Positions 1 to 8,413 are shown, counted from the stretch's first letter. The stretch: DNA of 18,639 nt from Candidatus Krumholzibacteriota bacterium (GCA_039714075.1 JBDLKA010000070.1:1-18639), one strand, 5' to 3'. Notes: generated by a model from the letters alone, not told the origin. Made by a program: numbers and translations.

Positions 1-64
1 CGTGGTCCACAGGGTCATGGCCCTGATCCGCTCGGCACGCGCCGGCATACTGGATATCACTGCG

Positions 65-90
65 AAAAACGCCCCCCGGGGGGCATTTGG
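65..90. repeat. Palindrome copy 1, AAAAA-CGCCCCCCGGGGGGCA-TTTGG
   Basis: Perfect 14-bp palindrome GCCCCCCGGGGGGC (71-84) flanked by an A-tract and TTTGG. Same length and layout as the copy at 171-196. Confidence 0.8.
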
Positions 91-170
91 GGACAATAAA
101 TATGTTGTCAATAGTACGGTGAAAGACAGTGAAGAAATTTTAAGGGATTGAGAACAAATAATATAACTAA

Positions 171-196
171 AAAAAGTGCCCCCGGGGGCACTTTGG
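171..196. repeat. Palindrome copy 2, AAAAA-GTGCCCCCGGGGGCAC-TTTGG
   Basis: Perfect 22-bp palindrome AAAGTGCCCCCGGGGGCACTTT (173-194) in AT-rich DNA, 106 bp from copy 1. Confidence 0.85.
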
Positions 197-318
197 TATA
201 TCCAACCTATTGATAATTATTAGAGATCCCAACTTTCCTTATTATTCAATTCAGACGGTGAACATCTCCGGCGTCCGGACTATCATTGGTGCAGGTTGTA
301 GAGTTGGAAAGGGGCGAT

Positions 319-636
319 GTGACGAATCAGCGGAATCTTGAGGACGGGAACCCTCCGGAAGACCAGGACGCGGTGCCCCTGGAAATCGACGGGGTTCTGG
401 ATCTGCACATGTTCCCGCCGGACCAGGTGAAGGGCCTGGTGCGGGATTATATCGACGCCTGCCTGGAGGCCGGAATCCTGGATTTGAGGATCATCCACGG
501 CAAGGGGATCGGTGTTCTCCGCACGATCGTATACAGTATACTCGAGAAGCACCCGGCCGTGGAAACCTTTGGCCACCCATCGGATAGCGGATCATGGGGG
601 GCGACGGTCGTGCGTTTGAAACCCGGATCGGAATAG
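319..636 (+). CDS. Stand-alone Smr-domain (small MutS-related) protein
   Basis: IDGVLDLH...RIIHGKGIGVLR...HPAV...GSWGATVVRL, with the Smr DxH and HGKG motifs intact. GTG at 319 follows AAGGGG; the ORF track extends to TTG 286. Confidence 0.9.
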   Translation: MTNQRNLEDGNPPEDQDAVPLEIDGVLDLHMFPPDQVKGLVRDYIDACLEAGILDLRIIHGKGIGVLRTIVYSILEKHPAVETFGHPSDSGSWGATVVRLKPGSE

Positions 637-642
637 GGAGCC

Positions 643-1050
643 ATGGGCCGGAAAAAGGGCAAATCCAACCCGCGAACCCCCACCGCCGGCCCGCGGCGGG
701 GAAAGCGGCGGTCCATCCGGTACGAGGCCGAGGAGCAGTGGCCGGAAGAGCGCGAGGAGGCCCGCAAAAAAGCCCGGGAAGATGCCCCGCCCTCGGTTCA
801 TCTTCGTAAACTCACTGTTGATGAAGCACTTAGGCGCTTGGAGACCCAGTTGCAGGGTTTTGCCGGGCAAAAACAGCGTGAAGTCCTGGTGATTCATGGC
901 AAAGGGCAGGGGTCGCAGGGAGGAATATCCGTTTTGGGCCCTGAAGTAAGGGATTGGTGCGATCGGCACCCCGCTCTGGTATCATCCTGGAGAGAGGCGC
1001 CCGCGCGCTGGGGCGGATCAGGCGCCATCGTGGTGGTGCTCAACTTATGA
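643..1050 (+). CDS. Second Smr-domain protein with basic N-terminal extension and degenerate DxH motif
   Basis: VHLRKLTVDEA...VLVIHGKG...VRDW...APARWGGSGAIVVVL matches the Smr pattern. GGGAG precedes the ATG; 6-bp gap after the first Smr stop. Confidence 0.88.
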   Translation: MGRKKGKSNPRTPTAGPRRGKRRSIRYEAEEQWPEEREEARKKAREDAPPSVHLRKLTVDEALRRLETQLQGFAGQKQREVLVIHGKGQGSQGGISVLGPEVRDWCDRHPALVSSWREAPARWGGSGAIVVVLNL

Positions 1051-1850
1051 CAGAGACAGGTGACATGACCGTCGATAATATTACCGAACCTCAACCCGAG
1101 CGCCTGGGCGAACGGGGTTTTTTGGCCGGAACCGTCGCTCTGGTCACGGGGGGAGCCCGCCGGGTTGGGCGCCACCTGTGTCTGGCCCTGGCCCGGGAGG
1201 GGGCCACGGTGGTGGTCCATTACCGGACCTCCGCTTCCGCCGCCGCGGCCACGGTTCTTGAGTTGGAAGCATTTGGGGGACAAGCGTTTAAAGTGAATGG
1301 CGACCTGGCTCAGCCCGAGGTTGCTTCCGCGTTGGTCGCCGATGCGGCCGCGGTGGCCGGCAGACCGCTGGATATCCTGATCAACAACGCCTCGGTATTC
1401 GGGCCGGGCAGCCCCGCGACCACGACGGTCCAGGAGTGGGACCATCATCAGGCCGTCAATTTGCGCGCGCCGTTTCTGCTGTCCCAGGCCTTCGCCGCTC
1501 AGGTTTATGCCGGAAACACCGGCAACATAATAAATTTCAATGATTTCAGGGCTATTCAGCCCGGAGCTGATCATTTCGCCTACACCATGAGCAAGGTGGG
1601 GTTGCATGGCCTGACGCGCAGTCTGGCGGTGGCCTTGGCGCCGGCGATCCGGGTCAACGAGCTGGCTCTGGGCGCGGTTCTGCCCCCGGAGGACGCGTCG
1701 GGTGAATACGAGCACACTCTGCGGGAGCAGATTCCCACAGGCAAATTTCCTTCATTAGATGAAGTAAGTCACGCGATGATGTTTCTCCTTGGAAATAATG
1801 GGGTTACCGGGCAGACCATCTTCGTGGACGGAGGACGGCACCTGACCTGA
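1047..1850 (+). CDS. SDR oxidoreductase, pteridine reductase (PTR1/FolM)-like
   Basis: ALVTGGARRVG cofactor motif (PTR1-type), LINNASVF, catalytic YTMSK, IRVN, VTGQTIFVDGG. ATG 1047 overlaps the Smr2 stop (ATGA); ATG 1065 is an alternative start. Confidence 0.88.
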   Translation: MTETGDMTVDNITEPQPERLGERGFLAGTVALVTGGARRVGRHLCLALAREGATVVVHYRTSASAAAATVLELEAFGGQAFKVNGDLAQPEVASALVADAAAVAGRPLDILINNASVFGPGSPATTTVQEWDHHQAVNLRAPFLLSQAFAAQVYAGNTGNIINFNDFRAIQPGADHFAYTMSKVGLHGLTRSLAVALAPAIRVNELALGAVLPPEDASGEYEHTLREQIPTGKFPSLDEVSHAMMFLLGNNGVTGQTIFVDGGRHLT

Positions 1851-1902
1851 CGGGAAGATATTGTCCTGGAACACTGAAATAACTTCATGATGTGGAGGTC
1901 CC

Positions 1903-2313
1903 ATGTCCCGCCTGAAGAAAAAACTCATCGTCGTCGGCGACCGCCTGCTCATCCGCCCCGAGGAAGGCGAGGAACGCACCCACGCCGGTCTATATCTGCC
2001 CCAGTCTGCGGTGGCGGCGCGGCAGGCCCGCGGGGGCTGGATCGTGTCCGTGGGGCCCGGGGTGCCGGTCGTCAACCCCATGGACATGATGGACGAGCAC
2101 TGGACCGACAACGAATCCCCGCATGATCCCCAGCCGCGCTTCATGCCGCTGCAGGCCCAGGAGGGTGACTACGCCCTGTTCCTGCACAAGGCCGCGGTGG
2201 AGATCACCTTCGAGAAGAAGAACTACCTGATCGTGCCCAACAGCGCGGTTCTGGTTCTGGTCAGGGAAGGCTTCGATTCCGAACCCGCGAACTGGGAGGG
2301 CAACAGCAACTGA
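1903..2313 (+). CDS. GroES/Cpn10-family co-chaperonin, orphan, with extended roof loop
   Basis: GDRLLIRP, mobile loop EERTHAGLYLP, VSVGPG, PLQAQEGDYALF, YLIVPNSAVL. RBS GGAGG at 1894-1898. No groEL adjacent. Confidence 0.88.
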   Translation: MSRLKKKLIVVGDRLLIRPEEGEERTHAGLYLPQSAVAARQARGGWIVSVGPGVPVVNPMDMMDEHWTDNESPHDPQPRFMPLQAQEGDYALFLHKAAVEITFEKKNYLIVPNSAVLVLVREGFDSEPANWEGNSN

Positions 2314-2314
2314 T

Positions 2315-2341
2315 AAGGGCGGTCCCCATGAGACCGCTCTT
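2315..2341 (+). terminator. Stem-loop after the GroES-like gene
   Basis: AAGGGCGGTC / GACCGCTCTT inverted repeat (one G-U pair) just after the stop; weak U-tract. Confidence 0.5.
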
Positions 2342-2414
2342 CCCTACCGGATAACTATGGATTACACTCCGGGCCGTTCCGGCGATCTACCTCAAATCGA
2401 CCGAAGGACACCCG

Positions 2415-5387
2415 ATGATCGGCAAGACCCTTGCCCACTACGAGATCCTGGCCAAGATCGGCCAAGGCGGCATGGGTGAGGTATATCGAGCCCTCGATAA
2501 GAAGTTGGATCGCGAGGTGGCGCTCAAGATCGTCCCCACCGACATGGCCCGCGATCCCGACCGCCTCAAACGTTTCGAACGCGAGGCCAAGACGGTCGCC
2601 GCGCTCAAGCATCCGAATATCGTCACCATATACAGCGTCGAAGAGGCCGAAGGATTACGCTTCCTGACCATGGAGTTGGTGGAAGGCAGGACGCTCACCA
2701 ACACCCTGCTGAAAGAAGGTCTTCCACTGGACCGCCTCTTCGACATTGCCATCCCGCTTGTCGACGCCGTGAGCAGCGCTCATACCAAGGGTATCACCCA
2801 CCGGGACCTCAAGCCCGACAACATCATGATCGACGGCGAGGGCAGGCTGCGCGTGCTCGACTTCGGCCTGGCCAAGCTCCAGGACACACAGGAGCGGGGA
2901 GACGGGATACGGACCACGACGGTCTCCGCCGGAACCGAGGAAGGAAAGATCCTCGGGACGGTGGCCTACATGTCGCCGGAACAGGCTGAGGGAAAAGCCG
3001 TCGATGCGCGGTCGGACATTTTCTCGCTGGGCACGATTCTCTACGAGATGGCGACCGGTACCCGGCCCTTCCTTGGCGACACGAGTATCTCCACCATCGG
3101 ATCGATCCTGAAGGACGAGCCTGTCTCGGTCACGGAACTGAACTACTCCATGCCCCGCCACGCGGGTCGGATCATCGGCCGGTGCCTGGCCAAGGATCCT
3201 GGTCGCCGCTACCAGACGGCCGTGGATCTGAGAAACGATCTCGATGGGCTCAAAGATGAGATCGAATCCGGAGGGAATCTGCTCGAAAGTGCCGCCGGAT
3301 TTGATCCTGCGGCCGACCCCGGGCCGCCGCATCGAAGCAGGGCGAAGCTTTGGCTGCCCGTAATCGCGGTGGCGATCGTCGTGGCCGTACAGTTGATTTT
3401 TCAGCCGTTCAAGGTCGAGAACACCTCCGACCGCCCGGCGACGGCTGGAGAGAACACGCTGGCCGTCATGTACTTCGAGAACATGGTCGACCGAGCGGAC
3501 TCCTCGCGTCTCGGCGAAATCGCCACGAATCTCCTCATTACGGACCTGTCGGAAGCGGACAACGTCAAGGTGCTCTCCAGTCAGCGACTTTACGATATCC
3601 TCAAGCTCAAGGGGAAGGAGGGCGCCAAACTGATCGATCGGGAGACCGCCACCGAGGTCGCGCAGCACGCGGGCGCCCGCCGGATGTTGCTGGGGAGCAT
3701 ACTTCAGACCGAACCCCATGTGCTGATCACGGCGCAGCTGGTGGACGTGGGCACCGGCGAGATTGAGGCGTCGCAGCGTGTTTCGGGGGAGGCCGGCGAA
3801 CGGGTGTTCGCGCTGATCGACAGATTGTCCGACGAGGTACGCAAGGATCTTGAACTGCCGGCAGGATCTTCTGCCGCCACCGAAGTTTCCGTGGCTGATG
3901 CCACGACCCACAACCGTGAAGCGTACCGCTCCTATCTGGAGGGTATCGAGTACGAACGCAGATACTACTTTGAGCAGGCGCTGGAGGCCTTCAAACGGGC
4001 GGCCGAGTTGGACTCGGATTTTGCGATGGCCCACTACGCCGTGGCCCGCCGTTCGCCCAACTCGACCGAGTCGAGGCATGAAATCGAGCTGGCAAAAAAA
4101 CTGTCCTCCAGTCTCGGGCAAAGGGAAAAGCGTTACATCAATTCGAAGTACGCTTCACTTCACAGCGATATCGAGACCGCCATTCGTGAGATGGAATTGC
4201 TCATTGAGGCGTATCCCGACGAAAAGGACGCGTACTTTCGCCTGGGCAATCTCTACCAGAGTCGAGATGAGCAGCGGGCCATTGAATACTACCGCCGAGC
4301 GGTTGAGATCGACCCGTTGTTCAGGGATGCCTACAACCAACTCGCTTATAGGTACCAGAGCTTGAATGAATTCGACAATGCCATCTGGGCGATCACGCAG
4401 TATATCAATGTGGCCCCGGACGAACCCAACCCATACGACAGTCGCGCCGACATGTATGCTCAGAACGGCAAGCTGGATCAGGCAATCGAGTCATACCGGA
4501 AAGCGCTGGCGATTGATCCGGAGTTTCATATGTCCCGGGCCGGGCTCGGCCACATGTATCTGTTCAAACGCGACTACGAGGAGGCAAGGAAGGCTTACCA
4601 GGTGCTGGTTGATGCGGACAACCCCACGTGGCGGACGGATGGACGGGCGTATCTCGCGTACATTCCACTCGCGCAGGGACAATGGGAGGAGGCGACCCGG
4701 ATTCTTCACGAGGGCATCGCCGCTGACCAGCAGGAGACCGGCGACTACCAATACTTCGGTCCGGTTCTCAAGCTGTACTCGGTGGCGGTCGCCAACTGCT
4801 CTGTGACGTGGGAGGAGGGGTTGGCGTTTACACGGTCCGGAATTGATTTGTTTCGGCGTTTTGATCCGGCCTTCCCCTTCGGGGCCTGGGAAGCCACGGA
4901 GCTGTTTTGGCAACTGAAGGGGGGGCAAATCACTCCGGCCGAGGCCGACTCTTCGTTCGCGGGCCTACGGAGGAAAGTCGAGAATGAGAGCCCGCTGAAT
5001 CTGCCTGCACTCGATTGGGTGGGGGGCAATATCGCCATGGAGCAAGGCCGCTTCCATGATGCGATCGAATCATTCGGGGAAGCGGTCTCCGTCACCAAGC
5101 CCTGGTTCTGGTACTATCCACTGCTGGTGTGCTATCTCGAAGTGGGAAGAATCGATGAGGCCGTCGAGTTGGCCGAGCGCCTGCTGCGGTGGCACAGCGA
5201 CCTGAGGGCTGCATTCCTGTTGGGCGTGAAGATCCACCACTTGGCCGGAAAGGTTTACCAGGCGGCCGGGCAATCGGACAAGGCCATCGAACAGTTCGAA
5301 CTCTTCCTGATGATCTGGAAGAATGCCGACCCGGTATTTCCCGAGATCGATGACGCAAAACAACGTCTGGAATTCCTGAGACGGTAA
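2415..5387 (+). CDS. Hanks-type Ser/Thr protein kinase with TM segment, TolB-N/FlgO-like domain and TPR repeats
   Basis: GQGGMGEVY, VALK, HRDLKPDN, DFGLAK, GTVAYMSPE and DIFSLG are all intact. Hydrophobic LWLPVIAVAIVVAVQLIF, then LAVMYFENM, then TPRs (AIEYYRRAVEIDP, AIESYRKALAIDP). RBS AAGGA at 2404-2408. Confidence 0.93.
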   Translation: MIGKTLAHYEILAKIGQGGMGEVYRALDKKLDREVALKIVPTDMARDPDRLKRFEREAKTVAALKHPNIVTIYSVEEAEGLRFLTMELVEGRTLTNTLLKEGLPLDRLFDIAIPLVDAVSSAHTKGITHRDLKPDNIMIDGEGRLRVLDFGLAKLQDTQERGDGIRTTTVSAGTEEGKILGTVAYMSPEQAEGKAVDARSDIFSLGTILYEMATGTRPFLGDTSISTIGSILKDEPVSVTELNYSMPRHAGRIIGRCLAKDPGRRYQTAVDLRNDLDGLKDEIESGGNLLESAAGFDPAADPGPPHRSRAKLWLPVIAVAIVVAVQLIFQPFKVENTSDRPATAGENTLAVMYFENMVDRADSSRLGEIATNLLITDLSEADNVKVLSSQRLYDILKLKGKEGAKLIDRETATEVAQHAGARRMLLGSILQTEPHVLITAQLVDVGTGEIEASQRVSGEAGERVFALIDRLSDEVRKDLELPAGSSAATEVSVADATTHNREAYRSYLEGIEYERRYYFEQALEAFKRAAELDSDFAMAHYAVARRSPNSTESRHEIELAKKLSSSLGQREKRYINSKYASLHSDIETAIREMELLIEAYPDEKDAYFRLGNLYQSRDEQRAIEYYRRAVEIDPLFRDAYNQLAYRYQSLNEFDNAIWAITQYINVAPDEPNPYDSRADMYAQNGKLDQAIESYRKALAIDPEFHMSRAGLGHMYLFKRDYEEARKAYQVLVDADNPTWRTDGRAYLAYIPLAQGQWEEATRILHEGIAADQQETGDYQYFGPVLKLYSVAVANCSVTWEEGLAFTRSGIDLFRRFDPAFPFGAWEATELFWQLKGGQITPAEADSSFAGLRRKVENESPLNLPALDWVGGNIAMEQGRFHDAIESFGEAVSVTKPWFWYYPLLVCYLEVGRIDEAVELAERLLRWHSDLRAAFLLGVKIHHLAGKVYQAAGQSDKAIEQFELFLMIWKNADPVFPEIDDAKQRLEFLRR

Positions 5388-5402
5388 ATGTAACGAAATG
5401 AA

Positions 5403-5441
5403 AAAAGGAGGTCCCCCGGGGGAACCTCCTTTTGATTTTTT
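5403..5441. terminator. Bidirectional intrinsic terminator between the convergent kinase and peptidase genes
   Basis: AAAAGGAGGT-CCCCCGGGGGA-ACCTCCTTTT, with an A-tract on the left and T-tracts on the right. Confidence 0.85.
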
Positions 5442-5480
5442 GGCACCCTGTCAGGCCGAACAAAGTATCGAAGGCACGGC

Positions 5481-8165
5481 CTACCGGTAGTCCTCGGGCG
5501 CGGGATACATCTCGTCCCACCAGCCCGGCCTTTCCTTCAGGTGTTTGGCCAGGAATGCCAGAATCGTGTCGTTCCAGACAACGCGCTGCTTGTGGTCCAG
5601 GATGTGGTGGTCCTGGCCGACGATCTGCACGTACTCGACCTCCTTGCCGAGAATCTTCAGCGCCGTGAACAGCTGGTCGCTTTCCCCCTTGGGCACGTTG
5701 ACGTCACTGTCCCCGTGCACCAGCAGCAGCGGCGTGGTGATCTTGTCGGCGTGGAACAGGGGACTCTGTTCGATGAACAGCTCGCGGTCCTTCCAGGGGA
5801 ACGAATTCGCCAGGGCCCGGCTGCCGTAGGCGTAACCCCACAGGCCCTCGCCCCAGTAGCTGGAGATGTCGGAAATGCCCGCGTGGCTGACCGCTGCGGC
5901 GAAGATGTCCGTCTGCGTGACGATGTACTCGGTCAGGAACCCGCCATAAGAGGCGCCCATACAGCCTACACGCTCAGGATCGGCGAAATCGTGGGCGGCC
6001 AGGAAGGCCTTGGTGCCTTCGATGACCTCGCCCGCGGTCAAAATACCCCAGTCGTTGACGTGGCGCGCGGCGTACTCCTGGCCGTAACCCGTGGCGCCGC
6101 TGGGGTTGGGCACATAGACCACGTAACCCTGCCCCGCCCAGATGTTCTTCGGGTAGCGGCCGCCGAAGTCGCGCGTGATAGGGCTGGTGCCGCCGTAGTA
6201 GTAGACGATGACCGGGTATTTTTTCGCGGGATCGAAGTCGGGCGGGTAGTAGACGAACCCGTCCAGTTTCATGCCGTCCGGCAGTTCGGCCACCCAGTTG
6301 TCGACCTTGCCGAAGACGATGTCCTGATACTCCCGGACACCCGGATCCAGCAGCAGGCGGGCCTTGTTGTTCACAAGGTCCACCACGTACAGGCGGTTCG
6401 GGGTGGTCGCGCTCGAGCCCCGGGCCAGACCGATGCCGGCCTCCCTGGCCACCGTGAACTGTTTGGTGACCTCCATCCCGGTGGTGATTCTCTCCCAGCC
6501 GGACCCGCCGGGCTTGTACCGGTACACGCTGTTGTATTGCGTGTCGGTGGTGCGGGCGTAGATGGCGCCGTCGAACCGGGACCACTGCACCGAACTGATG
6601 TCGGGCCGGAAGTCGAGGGCCACCGCTTCGGCTTTCCCCGCGGCCAGATCATAGAGGTACAACTGCCCGCCGTAATCGTTGGGTTGGACGCCCTCGGGCA
6701 GGGTGTTGCCCAGGCCGTCGAAGGCCGAAGGCGATCCCTGCAGGCACAGGGTCTTGCCGTCGGGACTGAAGATCGCGCCGCTGATCCAGGGATCGGACAG
6801 GATCTTTTCCACGGCCAGGGATTCGAGATCCATCAGCCATAATTCGGTAGTGCTGAAGGGCCTTTGCGTGATGTCGGGTTCGCCGGTGAAGAACAGCATT
6901 TTCTTGCCGTCGTCGGAAATCTCCCAGCCGCTGGCGCTGACCGGCCCGGCGGTCAGACGCCGGGTCAAGCCATCGGGTATGAACACCTGCATCAGGTGGG
7001 AACGGCCGCGCCACCAGGGCTGCCGGTCGGCGGGGTGCAGGACCCGTTTGACCTTGCGGGGATCCTCGTCGGGGGTGCGGCTGATTTCGTAGATGAGCGA
7101 GCCGCCGTCCGGCGCCCAGGCCCAGCCGCCGAGTTTTTCGATGTCGGCCAGAACGGTTCCGGTTTCCCCGGTGTCCAGATCGTGCAGCCAGATGGTGGCT
7201 TTGCCGCCCGTGTTGGTCTGCCAGGTGAGTTTCCGGCCCTCGGGGTGCCAGGTCACCGATCCCGGAGCCTGCCCGGTGCGCCACAGATACTCAAGACGGC
7301 CGGTTTCGGTGTCGCGGACCTCGAACCATTGTTCGCGGTCGTCCCCGTTGCGGTATTCACCCATGCGGATGGCGGCCAGACTTCCGTCGGGCGAAAGGGC
7401 CACCCGGGAAATCCGGGGCGCGTTCAGAACAGTTTGGATGTCGACCGGACGATCAGGCGATACATCCAGCTCCAGCGATCCGGCGCCGGCTTCGGCGTCG
7501 GGAGTTATGGTTAAACCCAGTTCCCAAGAGATTTCCTCTTCTGTTTCCGAATCGGCTTCCGGATCATCTTCGGAATCATCCTCGGGATCTGTTTCGGCCA
7601 TGGTCCGCAGCACGACCAGGTGCTTGCCGATGGCCAGCTTCATCTCCCCTTCATGCCGGGCGGGGTTATCCTCGTCGGCTTCCTTCTTCGCCAGGGTCAA
7701 AGAGGCGCCGTCCAGAACGCCCTTGAGGGATTGGTCCCCCGTGACGGTCAGCGACACCTTCTGCCAGCGGTCGGTCGTCACGTAGAATGCCAGGTAGTGG
7801 ACCCGGGCACCCTCTTCCGGCAGGTCGAAGGTAACCGACCCGTCCTTCAGCGATTTCACCCGCCACTTGATGCCTGATCCGTCCGGACTTGGGAATGCAC
7901 GATCCTTGGCGGGGCTTTCGCTGCCCGGCGCGGCGGGCAGGCCGTCGAAGAGGTCGGCGAACTTCACGCCGGCCAACTCCTCGTCATGGAAGGCAGGCAG
8001 CAGCAGTGGCACCGCCTCGGTGACCAGGACTTCGCCTACCGGGATCGGCTCGGCCGCGGGTGTGGTTTCAACCGCGGTTTCCTGGGCGGAAACGGGACCG
8101 GTCAGCAGAAGGACGAGGACCAACCCGAAGATGACTCGGAGGGATTTGGGAAGAGAGGTTCGCAT
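5481..8165 (-). CDS. Secreted S9 (prolyl oligopeptidase / acylaminoacyl-peptidase-like) serine peptidase
   Basis: GASYGG nucleophile, HGDSDVNVP (Asp), GQDHHI (His); propeller-type repeats (LSPDG, WAPDG, FSPDG). Signal peptide MRTSLPKSLRVIFGLVLVLLLTGPVSA. AGGAG precedes ATG 8165 on the minus strand. Confidence 0.93.
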   Translation of the reverse strand: MRTSLPKSLRVIFGLVLVLLLTGPVSAQETAVETTPAAEPIPVGEVLVTEAVPLLLPAFHDEELAGVKFADLFDGLPAAPGSESPAKDRAFPSPDGSGIKWRVKSLKDGSVTFDLPEEGARVHYLAFYVTTDRWQKVSLTVTGDQSLKGVLDGASLTLAKKEADEDNPARHEGEMKLAIGKHLVVLRTMAETDPEDDSEDDPEADSETEEEISWELGLTITPDAEAGAGSLELDVSPDRPVDIQTVLNAPRISRVALSPDGSLAAIRMGEYRNGDDREQWFEVRDTETGRLEYLWRTGQAPGSVTWHPEGRKLTWQTNTGGKATIWLHDLDTGETGTVLADIEKLGGWAWAPDGGSLIYEISRTPDEDPRKVKRVLHPADRQPWWRGRSHLMQVFIPDGLTRRLTAGPVSASGWEISDDGKKMLFFTGEPDITQRPFSTTELWLMDLESLAVEKILSDPWISGAIFSPDGKTLCLQGSPSAFDGLGNTLPEGVQPNDYGGQLYLYDLAAGKAEAVALDFRPDISSVQWSRFDGAIYARTTDTQYNSVYRYKPGGSGWERITTGMEVTKQFTVAREAGIGLARGSSATTPNRLYVVDLVNNKARLLLDPGVREYQDIVFGKVDNWVAELPDGMKLDGFVYYPPDFDPAKKYPVIVYYYGGTSPITRDFGGRYPKNIWAGQGYVVYVPNPSGATGYGQEYAARHVNDWGILTAGEVIEGTKAFLAAHDFADPERVGCMGASYGGFLTEYIVTQTDIFAAAVSHAGISDISSYWGEGLWGYAYGSRALANSFPWKDRELFIEQSPLFHADKITTPLLLVHGDSDVNVPKGESDQLFTALKILGKEVEYVQIVGQDHHILDHKQRVVWNDTILAFLAKHLKERPGWWDEMYPAPEDYR

Positions 8166-8340
8166 GGCTTCTCCTGGGACTCGCGCGGGGGCGGGGGAGC
8201 AAAAAAACGACCCCTGCACAATAGGGCACAGGTAGGATTCGGCCAAACTATTCCCTGCCAGGGAGTCAGCAAATTCACATCAAATTAATGCAATCTTGTT
8301 ACCGACTTTGAACATTTGGGCTCTATGGTTTTTGAAATTA

Positions 8341-8349
8341 TGATATAGT
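8341..8349 (+). promoter_or_regulatory. Possible extended -10 promoter (TGaTATAGT) for the LTD protein gene
   Basis: TGnTATAGT in the AT-rich divergent intergenic region, about 65 bp upstream of ATG 8414. No good -35. Confidence 0.35.
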
Positions 8350-8413
8350 GGCGGATACTCTAATGGAATCGTCCTGGATCGAGGTTCTCGCCTAACCCCT
8401 GGAGGTCTATGAA

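Noticed and set aside
65..196. Palindromic repeats as a CRISPR array
   Set aside because: Only two non-identical copies, an 80-bp spacer, and no cas genes in the window.
211..225. Fur-box-like TGATAATTATTAGAG
   Set aside because: Only one half-site matches well, the context is AT-rich, and no iron-related gene is adjacent.
954..1046. ORF-track N-terminal extension of the SDR
   Set aside because: It overlaps the Smr2 C-terminus; ATG 1047 (ATGA coupling) or ATG 1065 is more plausible.
2655..4121. 488-aa antisense ORF within the kinase gene
   Set aside because: Shadow frame of a GC-rich gene with no recognisable motifs.
5405..5412. Perfect Shine-Dalgarno AAGGAGGT
   Set aside because: It forms the terminator stem and no credible ORF follows.
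5541..7785. Long + strand ORFs opposite the S9 peptidase
   Set aside because: Antisense shadows of a strongly supported gene.
8166..8246. ORF-track N-terminal extension of the S9 peptidase
   Set aside because: The RBS and signal peptide fit ATG 8165.
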